A stretch of DNA of 64,000 nt from Nitrospinales bacterium (GTDB lineage Bacteria > Nitrospinota > Nitrospinia > Nitrospinales > VA-1). The position numbers and the translations under genes were made by a program. The DNA lies in assembly GCA_965223795.1 (NCBI GenBank), contig CBDCXL010000002.1, forward strand, positions 2,016,001-2,080,000, written 5' to 3'. Of the stretch, positions 1 to 8,247 are shown one piece after another. The notes under the pieces are model-generated. The model made no database searches. It was given only the letters and a program-made list of their open reading frames with translations, and was not told the DNA's origin. Positions within the stretch are counted from its first letter, which is position 1; each line of letters starts with the position of its first letter.

Positions 1-162
1 GCCCATCTTGAGGGTCATGGTGGAGCTGGAGCAGGAACTGCAGGAGCCGACCAGGCGCAGCTTCACGACACCGTCGTCGATGTCCACCAGTTCGACGTTG
101 CCGCCGTCGGCCATCAATGAAGGGCGGATGGTATCCAGCACCGCCTCGACTTCATCCTTCAT
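1..162 (-). CDS. NifU/NfuA C-terminal-domain Fe-S carrier protein (3' end runs off the window)
   Basis: Manual translation from ATG at 162: [54 protein letters not shown], with the IRPxLxxDGG and GxCxxC NifU signature. Confidence 0.92.
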   Translation of the reverse strand, partial: MKDEVEAVLDTIRPSLMADGGNVELVDIDDGVVKLRLVGSCSSCSSSTMTLKMG

Positions 163-204
163 GGGGGTCCCTTCTCTGGGTTGACTGTCCTTAATGCGGG
201 TGAA

Positions 205-483
<279 letters not shown>

Positions 484-503
484 TTAAAGAATAGTAAAAA
501 CGA

Positions 504-971
504 TTATACGTTCAGGTCCTTCTGCCGTTCGAACGATTTTGTGTCCGGATTCCAGGCGAACAGGGCCTGGTCCTTGACCTCACCGTCGTAAACGGAGATG
601 ACCCAGTGTTTGGCATCGGGATACCAGGGCTCGTCTCCAAACAGGGCCATGCGCTTGTCCTCTTCGGAAAAATACGCGTCGTGGTCGGGATGGGAATGGT
701 AAAAGGTCTTGATTTCCATTCCCTTTTCCCGAGCATCCCGCTCGATGGCCATCTGCTCTTTCGTGTCGATGCTGTAAGCCGTCCTCGCGTTGCGGGGATA
801 GGTCTCCGGATCCATCGCGTGCAGCTTGTTCTGCACGTTGGTGCATCGATACAGGATGTCTTCCTCGCGGGTTTCGGCTTTGCCGATGATGATGCCGCAG
901 CACTCTTCCGGGTAGGTTTCCAGCGCGTGCTGGTGAACCTGTTCCATGAGGCTGTTCACGATGGAAGACAT
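504..971 (-). CDS. JAB/MPN+ (Mov34, M67) metallopeptidase
   Basis: YPEECCG plus JAMM motif YHSHPDHDAYFSEED. Confidence 0.9.
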   Translation of the reverse strand: MSSIVNSLMEQVHQHALETYPEECCGIIIGKAETREEDILYRCTNVQNKLHAMDPETYPRNARTAYSIDTKEQMAIERDAREKGMEIKTFYHSHPDHDAYFSEEDKRMALFGDEPWYPDAKHWVISVYDGEVKDQALFAWNPDTKSFERQKDLNV

Positions 972-976
972 TCAAT

Positions 977-1005
977 ATTTTGAAATGGATAACGAGGATT
1001 GTCAA
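977..1005 (-). promoter_or_regulatory. sigma70-type promoter for the JAB gene
   Basis: Minus strand TTGACA (1005-1000), 17 bp, CAAAAT (982-977). Confidence 0.6.
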
Positions 1006-1148
1006 ATGGTTTTCAAATCTTTCGCCGGGCGGAAATTCAAGGCTTTTGCCGGTGCGCCGCGGCACGTCGGACAGGCGCCGCACAGCAGCGCCGGGGGAAT
1101 GATTGAATGTGGAAAATCAATGGCTTTCCACGCAGCCGTGCGGACGGT

Positions 1149-1439
1149 TCAAATGTGGGTGCGGACCACGAGGTTGTCTTCGACCGTGACCTGGCAGGCC
1201 AGGCGGATGCTCTTGCGTCTTTTCTTGAGCTTTTCCCGTTCGATGTCGTTTCTCGGCGCAACGTTGCCGGAAACGATCTCCACCTTGCAGGAAGTGCAGA
1301 GACCACGGCCCCGGCAGTTCAGGATTTTCAGAACGTGCGGGTAGATGCTCAGTTTGTTGGCGATGGCGGCTTCCCGCAGATTGGCGCCGGGTTCCACTTT
1401 GAGGGTGCGGTTTTGTTTTTCGAATCGTATCTCTAGCAT
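1149..1439 (-). CDS. 2Fe-2S ferredoxin
   Basis: NCRGRGLCTSCKV...RLACQ motif. Confidence 0.9.
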   Translation of the reverse strand: MLEIRFEKQNRTLKVEPGANLREAAIANKLSIYPHVLKILNCRGRGLCTSCKVEIVSGNVAPRNDIEREKLKKRRKSIRLACQVTVEDNLVVRTHI

Positions 1440-1765
1440 GCTTCAATTTCCACAAAATGATGCAGTTTGCCTTTGCCCCAGTAGCCGTGAAACGCGCTCC
1501 CCACCGAGTTGCAGGTGGTGTTCATGTGCACATACTGCTTTTCCCCGTTGTCCGCCTTGTGCACGCCCACCTGGGTGAACGGCGGGATGACGCCGTCGCA
1601 GTTGACGCACACGGTCGAATGGCGCTTGCACAAAGCGAGCAGGCATTCTCTGCAAACCACGGGATTGAACAGGAAAATCTCCTGCCCTTCGTATTCGAGA
1701 ATCGTGGGCAGGCTGTTCACGGTTTGTCCACATTCCAGGCAGACCGGAGCCTCGGTTTGTTTCAT
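1433..1765 (-). CDS. Cys-rich hypothetical protein, possibly metal-binding
   Basis: CLEC, CREC and CVNC motifs; its end overlaps the ferredoxin start. Confidence 0.7.
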   Translation of the reverse strand: MKQTEAPVCLECGQTVNSLPTILEYEGQEIFLFNPVVCRECLLALCKRHSTVCVNCDGVIPPFTQVGVHKADNGEKQYVHMNTTCNSVGSAFHGYWGKGKLHHFVEIEAC

Positions 1766-1824
1766 CGGGTAACGGCTTTTAGGTTCAATTGGAATTCAGA
1801 TCCTGCATTCTACTGGAAACAGAC

Positions 1825-2859
1825 TCAATTTATACAGACTTTTTTCATGTCCTCAAAATTGTCGAGAACGGCGCCCGCGCCCCGGCAGATGCTGAGAAGG
1901 GGCTCGTTGGGGATGTAGACCTTGAGGGTGGTTTTCTCCTCGACCAGCTTGTCCAGGCCGCGGATGAGGGCGCCGCCGCCGGTCAGGTAGATGCCGTTGG
2001 AATGGATGTCCGCGGAGAGCTCCGGCGGCACTTTTTCCAGCGCCCTGAGCACGACGGCGATGATGGTGGACAGAGGCTCTTTCATCGCTTCTCGGATTTC
2101 TTCGTCGTCGACCACTATGGAAGTCGGAACGCCGGTCTTGACGTTGAGCCCCTTCACCTCGGTGGTCAGCTTCTCCAGCAGGGGGTAGGCGCTGCCCACG
2201 GCGATCTTGGTGCGCTCGCCTTCGAACACGCCGATGTTGAGGTGGTGCTGGATGCGCATGTAGCGCATGATGGCCTCGTCGATCTCGTCCCCGGCCAGCC
2301 GGACCGATTCGCCGTAGGCGATGGCGGAGAGCGACACCACGGCGACATCGGTGGTGCCGCCGCCGATGTCGATCACCATGTTGCCTTCGGGCTTGTGCGC
2401 CGGGATGCCGACGCCGATGGCGGCCGCCATCGGTTCCTCGATCAGGTGCACTTCGCGCACGCCCGCCATGAGGGAGGCGTCGATCACCGCCTTCTTTTCC
2501 ACCTGGGTGATGCAGGTGGGGATGCCGACCACCATCTTGGGTTTGAAAAACCGCTGGTTCTTCAAAACTTTTTTGATGAAGTAGTTGATCATCGTGTTGG
2601 TGATGTCGAAATCGGCGATGACGCCGTCTTTCATGGGCCGGATCGTTTCGACGCGCGAATGGGTGCGGCCGTACATCTGCTTGGCTTCCAGTCCGACGGC
2701 CTCGACGTTGCGGCTTTTGACGCCGACGGCCACCACCGAGGGCTCGTCGAGCACGATGCCCTGGTCGCGGGTGTAGATGAGGGTGTTGGCGGTTCCCAGG
2801 TCCATCGCCAAATCGGATGAAAACCAGCTGCAAACATTATTGATGAATTTTCCGATCAT
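1825..2859 (-). CDS. mreB: MreB-family rod shape-determining actin homologue
   Basis: DLGTANT, IEEPMAAAIG, DIGGGTT, LTGGGAL motifs; amphipathic N-terminal helix. Confidence 0.95.
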   Translation of the reverse strand: MIGKFINNVCSWFSSDLAMDLGTANTLIYTRDQGIVLDEPSVVAVGVKSRNVEAVGLEAKQMYGRTHSRVETIRPMKDGVIADFDITNTMINYFIKKVLKNQRFFKPKMVVGIPTCITQVEKKAVIDASLMAGVREVHLIEEPMAAAIGVGIPAHKPEGNMVIDIGGGTTDVAVVSLSAIAYGESVRLAGDEIDEAIMRYMRIQHHLNIGVFEGERTKIAVGSAYPLLEKLTTEVKGLNVKTGVPTSIVVDDEEIREAMKEPLSTIIAVVLRALEKVPPELSADIHSNGIYLTGGGALIRGLDKLVEEKTTLKVYIPNEPLLSICRGAGAVLDNFEDMKKVCIN

Positions 2860-4274
2860 GTGGTCACTTTAAAATTGGGAGAGGTGCGGCTCCAGGAAAG
2901 GCTGATGAGATCGAGAAGGTGGTCGCCGTCGTCGGGATAGGTGGAGAGGCCCCATTCTGCCTTCACCGTCATGGGCGTGCCCCCGACGGAAAGGGGCTGA
3001 TGGCTGAACAGGTGCTTCAGCTTGTTTTCGATCGCGGCCATCTGCTCGCGATCTTTTTTCAGGACCATGATCAAAAATGCGTTGTCGGAATACTTGAAGA
3101 TGTTTTTGGGAGAGGGGATCGCTTTGTTGAAAATGGAAACCATGCCTTTGAGCAGCATGTCCCCGTGCCGCACGCCGTGCGTTTCATACAGGGCCGGCAG
3201 GTTGGCCACCTGCGCGGTCAGAAAGAACACGGGCTGGCCTTCCTGAAAGATCTTGTCGGACACCGCCTGCTGATGGTCGGTCAGGAAACGGTGATTGTAC
3301 ACGCCGGTGATGGGGTCGCGGTTGCGGTCCACCAGCAGCCGGTCCTTGGTTTCAGCATAGTAAAGCGCGGAAGCGGCGGCCTGGGCGATCAGCGACAGCT
3401 TGTCCAGATCGGGCAGGGTCAGCCCGTCGGTCCTGAGCGACCCGCAGACCAGCACGCCCAAAAGGCGCTGATTCATGGTGATGGGAACGGCGATCACCGA
3501 TCCCAGGTTTTCCGGCGCCTCCTGTTCGCTGAACAGGACGGTCTGGGGCGGATGCAGCGCTTTGGTCAAAACGGGCGAACGGTTCTGGGCGCAGGCCCCG
3601 GCGAGGCCGGAACCGACGTTCACTTCCAGCATGGACAAATCCTGGTGAAACCCCCTCTGGTGCTGAATGGTGCCCATGCCCCTGGAGTCGAACCAGAGCA
3701 CGGCGGCGGCGTTGTGATCGAGGATGGACTGGGGAATCTCGATCAAGCGTTCGCCGACGGTGTTGCGGTCGAAACATTCGGCGAGCAGCTGGCTGTATGC
3801 GTTCATCTTGCGGATGGAAGGCCAGGCGCGTCCGCGCCGGTTCGGTTTCAGTTTTTCCTGATACAGGTGCCAGGCCATTTGATCCGCGAACCCGGAGAGG
3901 ATTTTCTGCATCTTCGGCGCGAAGCTGTACGTTTCCTTGGTGGCCACCGCGAGCACGCCCTCCAGTTCGTGATGGATCACCGGCACCGCGATGAAACTTT
4001 TAAGGTCCTCTTTCTTTTTGTAGATTTCCAGGCGGATGGTTTCCTGGTCGAAATGATCCAGCACGACGGGTTTGAGCGTTTCCGCCACCTGGCCGATGGG
4101 CCCCTGCCCGAACGGAATTTTCACGCCGGGAATGAAATTGGAGCTTAGGGACATGTGGTTGCGCAGGTAGAGGGTTTTCTCCTCGTGATCGGCGGCGAAG
4201 AGAGCGGTGGTGAACCCATCGGTGACGTTGGTCGTCAACTCGATGAGATGTGAAAAAATATCGGAGATAACCAT
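2856..4274 (-). CDS. GAF-GAF protein with a degenerate GGDEF-like C-terminal domain
   Basis: Two GAF repeats (SFIAVP, SVIAVP); DPITGVYNHRF and HGDMLL, but KYSDNAF where RxGGDEF is expected; start taken at MVISDIF. Confidence 0.8.
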   Translation of the reverse strand: MVISDIFSHLIELTTNVTDGFTTALFAADHEEKTLYLRNHMSLSSNFIPGVKIPFGQGPIGQVAETLKPVVLDHFDQETIRLEIYKKKEDLKSFIAVPVIHHELEGVLAVATKETYSFAPKMQKILSGFADQMAWHLYQEKLKPNRRGRAWPSIRKMNAYSQLLAECFDRNTVGERLIEIPQSILDHNAAAVLWFDSRGMGTIQHQRGFHQDLSMLEVNVGSGLAGACAQNRSPVLTKALHPPQTVLFSEQEAPENLGSVIAVPITMNQRLLGVLVCGSLRTDGLTLPDLDKLSLIAQAAASALYYAETKDRLLVDRNRDPITGVYNHRFLTDHQQAVSDKIFQEGQPVFFLTAQVANLPALYETHGVRHGDMLLKGMVSIFNKAIPSPKNIFKYSDNAFLIMVLKKDREQMAAIENKLKHLFSHQPLSVGGTPMTVKAEWGLSTYPDDGDHLLDLISLSWSRTSPNFKVTT

Positions 4275-4342
4275 GGAAGGGTGAATCGCTCCGGCACTCA
4301 ATGAGACGCGCCGCGGACACCGGGAGGGCCTGCCACGAAAAA

Positions 4343-4789
4343 CTATCGGCCCCGGCTGCGCAGAAATTCCCGGTACGCACGCACCGCGCTTTTGTCCACC
4401 GCCTTGGCGGCAACCTCGTATTCGTATCCAGAATCCCCGGCGTATTCCCGCACGCGCACGGCCTGGCAATCGATGCTCTTTTGCTCTCCACTGTGCGGAG
4501 AGCGGAACGTGACGGCTAAAATATCGTTGTCGATCACCGGGGCGGTTGTGGTGAAAAACAACCCGCTGGTGGATAGCTCCCGGATGGTGATTTTATGCGT
4601 TTTGTAAAAAAATTCGGTTTCCCGTTCGATGTCCGCGGTTGCGGGAATCGTCACCCGAGCCCGCCGGCTGCGCCTGCGGCCGAGATCATTCGCAAACTTT
4701 CTCTGAATGATGCTGTCCAGATCCTGCTTGAAGCGTAAAAGATCCTCCGCGGGAACGGTTTCCAAGAATGCCAGGATTTTTTTGATCAT
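4343..4789 (-). CDS. PilZ-domain protein
   Basis: RRSRR and ELSTSG match the RxxxR and (D/N)xSxxG c-di-GMP-binding motifs approximately. Confidence 0.75.
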   Translation of the reverse strand: MIKKILAFLETVPAEDLLRFKQDLDSIIQRKFANDLGRRRSRRARVTIPATADIERETEFFYKTHKITIRELSTSGLFFTTTAPVIDNDILAVTFRSPHSGEQKSIDCQAVRVREYAGDSGYEYEVAAKAVDKSAVRAYREFLRSRGR

Positions 4790-4879
4790 GGCGTGAACAC
4801 TCGTGAAACAGAGTGGACCGACCGAAAAAAAATGATTTGCCAATCGCGCAGGGTCAGGTTTGGAACCTGTTTGAAAATC

Positions 4880-4908
4880 ATCATATAGCGACGAAAAAAC
4901 ACTGTCAA
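4880..4908 (-). promoter_or_regulatory. sigma70 promoter upstream of PilZ-GAF-mreB
   Basis: Minus strand TTGACA, 17 bp, TATGAT. Confidence 0.75.
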
Positions 4909-4977
4909 TCTTTTATCATGGAACCCAGCTTTCCAAAGCACTAAAGTGCAAGGCATTGCTTTCTTTCGGGAAACTTC

Positions 4978-5006
4978 TTGACAGAAAAAGGGCGCGTTAC
5001 TATACT
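4978..5006 (+). promoter_or_regulatory. sigma70 promoter for tRNA-Val
   Basis: TTGACA, 17 bp, TATACT. Confidence 0.85.
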
Positions 5007-5060
5007 CCCGCTTTCCCTCTTGCTTCCTGTGAAACCAGCGGGCCGGGTCTGGATGCGTGA

Positions 5061-5136
5061 GGGCGGATAGCTCAGCTGGAAGAGCACCGGCCTTACAAGC
5101 CGGGGGTCACAGGTTCGAGCCCTGTTCCGCCCACCA
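5061..5136 (+). tRNA. tRNA-Val (anticodon TAC)
   Basis: 76-nt cloverleaf; anticodon arm ccggc-cttacaa-gccgg; GGTTCGA T-loop; encoded CCA. Confidence 0.97.
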
Positions 5137-5213
5137 TGACGTTCGACCTTCCTTATCGGAGGCACGGGCAAGAATCTGAGAGAGGTCAGCAGGGCGAAAA
5201 GATTTTCCGGGCC

Positions 5214-5242
5214 TTGCAATCGGTTCCCGGTGTCCTTAGAAT
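5214..5242 (+). promoter_or_regulatory. sigma70 promoter for tRNA-Asp
   Basis: TTGCAA, 17 bp, TAGAAT. Confidence 0.7.
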
Positions 5243-5278
5243 AACGACACCCCCTAAGGGAACCGGGAAAGAAAAATC

Positions 5279-5355
5279 GGGGTCGTAGTTCAGTTGGTTA
5301 GAACGCTGGCCTGTCACGCCAGAGGTCGCGAGTTCGAGTCTCGTCGGCCCCGCCA
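5279..5355 (+). tRNA. tRNA-Asp (anticodon GTC)
   Basis: 77 nt; acceptor stem ggggtcg/cggcccc; anticodon arm ctggc-ctgtcac-gccag; CCA end. Confidence 0.97.
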
Positions 5356-5526
5356 TTTTCCTTATAAACCGGCTATCCCAAAAAAATCTGCAGATTACGC
5401 CTTCCCAAAAGCGGGACCGCCTCGCAAAGGGATGGTGTTTCGCGTTACCGCTACCCAATCCTACCTACTTGAAAGATCCAATGGTTGTGACCTGTCCCTG
5501 TGCGAAGGGGCAAATGGTGATGGTTC

Positions 5527-6036
5527 GTGACGGATGCGCTGAATCGGACAGTGTGTGAATGTGGCGCCGAGGCATCTTCAACGGAAACGATGCCTCGGCA
5601 TAAATACCTTCCGGCAACTCCCGGATGTTGGAAGCTCTACGGAGAGCTGCTCGCCAAAGAATATTCGGATTTGAATTATTGGAGAGTTCATCGGCTCACG
5701 GTGGACACCTACTCCGTTCAGCACACTCAAAGTGATGATCCCAGAAATATTCAATCCGTGAACGTGCATTTGGTGGCGTTGTACATGGGACTTGAAAAAA
5801 AGCTCAGCAGCGACGCAATCCCTCCGATCATGAGCCGGGTGATACAGATCGATAAGGGTGCATTTGTGAAACTGAAGGCCCCCTCGTTTCATTCTGTTAA
5901 AAACGTGAGTGCTATTTTGCCCGCCCGAAATGCAACGGAACATTGCCGTCTGGTTCAGGACTGGGCCAATGAGGTGTGGGAAATCTGGGAAACCCATCAC
6001 ACTCACATCCGGAAAATAGCAGAACCCTTTCTATAA
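5527..6036 (+). CDS. Conserved hypothetical protein resembling DUF5946
   Basis: GCWxLYGELLAKEY...HRLTVDTYSVQH...SVNVHL pattern; more AT-rich codon usage than its neighbours. Confidence 0.7.
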   Translation: MTDALNRTVCECGAEASSTETMPRHKYLPATPGCWKLYGELLAKEYSDLNYWRVHRLTVDTYSVQHTQSDDPRNIQSVNVHLVALYMGLEKKLSSDAIPPIMSRVIQIDKGAFVKLKAPSFHSVKNVSAILPARNATEHCRLVQDWANEVWEIWETHHTHIRKIAEPFL

Positions 6037-6276
6037 CGTTCAGACTCAATTCGCCATCGAAGGTTTTCCGCCTGCCGCTTCTCCATCCTGGCGTGCTGCA
6101 ATCGCCTCTCTCTATAGAAATTTCCTCAGGCTCTTAGGTCTATCAGGACGAAATCACCCCGCGGCGACGAGGTTGCGTTCGGAAAGACGAAACGCGTTCC
6201 CTGATTTGCCCTTGTAATCTGATAAAACGCATCTCCGGCGCATTTTCCACTGAGAGCCGTCTCCCCGACGCTTGCC

Positions 6277-7893
6277 GTGGATGCTACAATTCTCAACATC
6301 TCATTATTGGACCAACGTCAAAAGAAGCCGACGATGCGTGCCGTCCTGGAATATTTTCGTGAACGTCCCGTGCTTGCGGTGTTCGCCGGGTTCGCCGTGC
6401 TTGCGTGTGTTGTGGCGCTGTTTTCCGGCGGAAACGACGCGAAGCAGAGCGAATCGGTGAAGACCGCCGCGAAAACCGCTGCGCCGGTTGCCGATACAGC
6501 AGGGCGTTTGCCACAGGTGGTGCAAACGGGCAGCAGCGCCGCCGCGATCATGGACCCCGCCCTGGTCGGCAACTGGAGCGTGCCGCTCATCACGCCTTAC
6601 GGACACGCGGAGATCGTGTTCGACATCACTTCGCAGGGACAATTTCTCTCTGGTGTGACGCTCGGAGACTATCCCGTGGTGACCGGCCGTTTCGAGGCGG
6701 CGGGCGGGCGCTGGTCGCTCAAGATGGACAACGGCGATGTGGACGGCGGCACCTACCAGCTCGAAGGACCCGTCCCGGTCGTCACCGGAATGAAAGGCAT
6801 CGCCCGATGGATCCGCAAAGCCGACACGTCGAGGCAGGGTGCGTTATTCGAGCAGGGCATCGATCCGAAAGCGGCGCGGGTCCTGCAATTGCGTGCGATC
6901 GCGGAGACCGCCGCCCGCCGCTGGCGGCCGGAGGCGAAGCTCGTCGAGATCGAGATCAAGCAGCTCAACAACGACGGTTCGCTCAACCTGTTCCAGTCGA
7001 GCGGGAAGGTGAAGTTTGTGTTCCTCGATGGCAAGGCGGGGCGCGGTGCGATCGTGACGTTCGACCATTGGGGCGGGCCGCAGCTGCTGGCGCCGGGAAG
7101 GCCGGTGTCCCGTGCCAAGGAACCGCTCGGCAAGAGACTGGTGGATCTGACCGAGGTGGTGCGCGTGGTGCGCGAACAGGGCTATGAGACCGTGCTGCGG
7201 AGCGCCACGCTCAGGCACTATCAAAAGAAGAACCGCAAGGCGCGACCGGCCTGGAAAGTCCAGGGTCACATGCAATCGGTGGATCGCTCGTACCGCTACG
7301 ACGCGCAGGACAAACACGTCCTGCTGCCGCAGGAGATCGACCCGCATCGCCGCAGAAGCGGTGCGGTGGAGAACCTGGAAGGTGCGCAACGCTGGCTGGA
7401 ACGCAGCGGCGAGTACGGCCGCTTCCGGGCGAACCCCACGGGTTCCATCACGATGAAGGGAAAGGGGGAGGGAAACGATACCATTATCGCGGACCGTTTT
7501 TTCTACTGGCTGGTCCGCGTGATCGAGGTGAGGACGCCGGGGCGTGCAGAACCCTGGGAGGTGCTCATTCCGATCCGCTCGTACGACGACAGCGAGTTCG
7601 ACGCCATGATCGAGGTCGAACCGCTTACCGGGTTCATCTTCAAGGAAGTGGAGAAATCCAACACCCGGCTCGGCAATCAGTTGATTCCTCCCAATGCCGA
7701 ACAGCGCCGCGTGTTCAAAGACCGCCTGGGCGAGAAGATGCTCAACGTGAATGTACCGCCGTTCATCGTGTATGTCGAGAAACTCGAAAAGCAGAAGCAA
7801 AGCGTTCGCAACCAGATTCGCGAAGCGGTGGAGACGTTGTATCACCGTACCGGGCAACGCACTTCGAATCGATTCCCCAGTTCCCGCCGCTGA
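6277..7893 (+). CDS. Hypothetical membrane-anchored protein
   Basis: 538-aa ORF with an N-terminal hydrophobic segment; start uncertain; no family recognised. Confidence 0.7.
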   Translation: MDATILNISLLDQRQKKPTMRAVLEYFRERPVLAVFAGFAVLACVVALFSGGNDAKQSESVKTAAKTAAPVADTAGRLPQVVQTGSSAAAIMDPALVGNWSVPLITPYGHAEIVFDITSQGQFLSGVTLGDYPVVTGRFEAAGGRWSLKMDNGDVDGGTYQLEGPVPVVTGMKGIARWIRKADTSRQGALFEQGIDPKAARVLQLRAIAETAARRWRPEAKLVEIEIKQLNNDGSLNLFQSSGKVKFVFLDGKAGRGAIVTFDHWGGPQLLAPGRPVSRAKEPLGKRLVDLTEVVRVVREQGYETVLRSATLRHYQKKNRKARPAWKVQGHMQSVDRSYRYDAQDKHVLLPQEIDPHRRRSGAVENLEGAQRWLERSGEYGRFRANPTGSITMKGKGEGNDTIIADRFFYWLVRVIEVRTPGRAEPWEVLIPIRSYDDSEFDAMIEVEPLTGFIFKEVEKSNTRLGNQLIPPNAEQRRVFKDRLGEKMLNVNVPPFIVYVEKLEKQKQSVRNQIREAVETLYHRTGQRTSNRFPSSRR

Positions 7894-8247
7894 CATCCAA
7901 TCCCCGCTTTCTTCCTCTCATCGGCATCGTTTGGTCTGAGCAATCGAAATAAAGCTCTCACGATCGCATTCCCCCAAGGCCCTGAACACAGTCTGCAATC
8001 GAGGGAACCGGGGCGAGCGCTCATGAACGCAGGGCTTCAAATCTATACTACTTTAATGGTTAATGTGTATAGAAAAGGATACAACTGCGTAGCCCGGCCC
8101 GGATGCGTCGTGAGTTGAAATATATTGAAATTTGCTGGTTTATCAGGAAGCTGGCGGTGGGGTGGGTTGGCAAGCATCTTGCTTTATATTAAAGATCCCT
8201 GCAAAAAACAGCGATTTCAGTCATTTTCCCACTCGACGCGTAGCACA

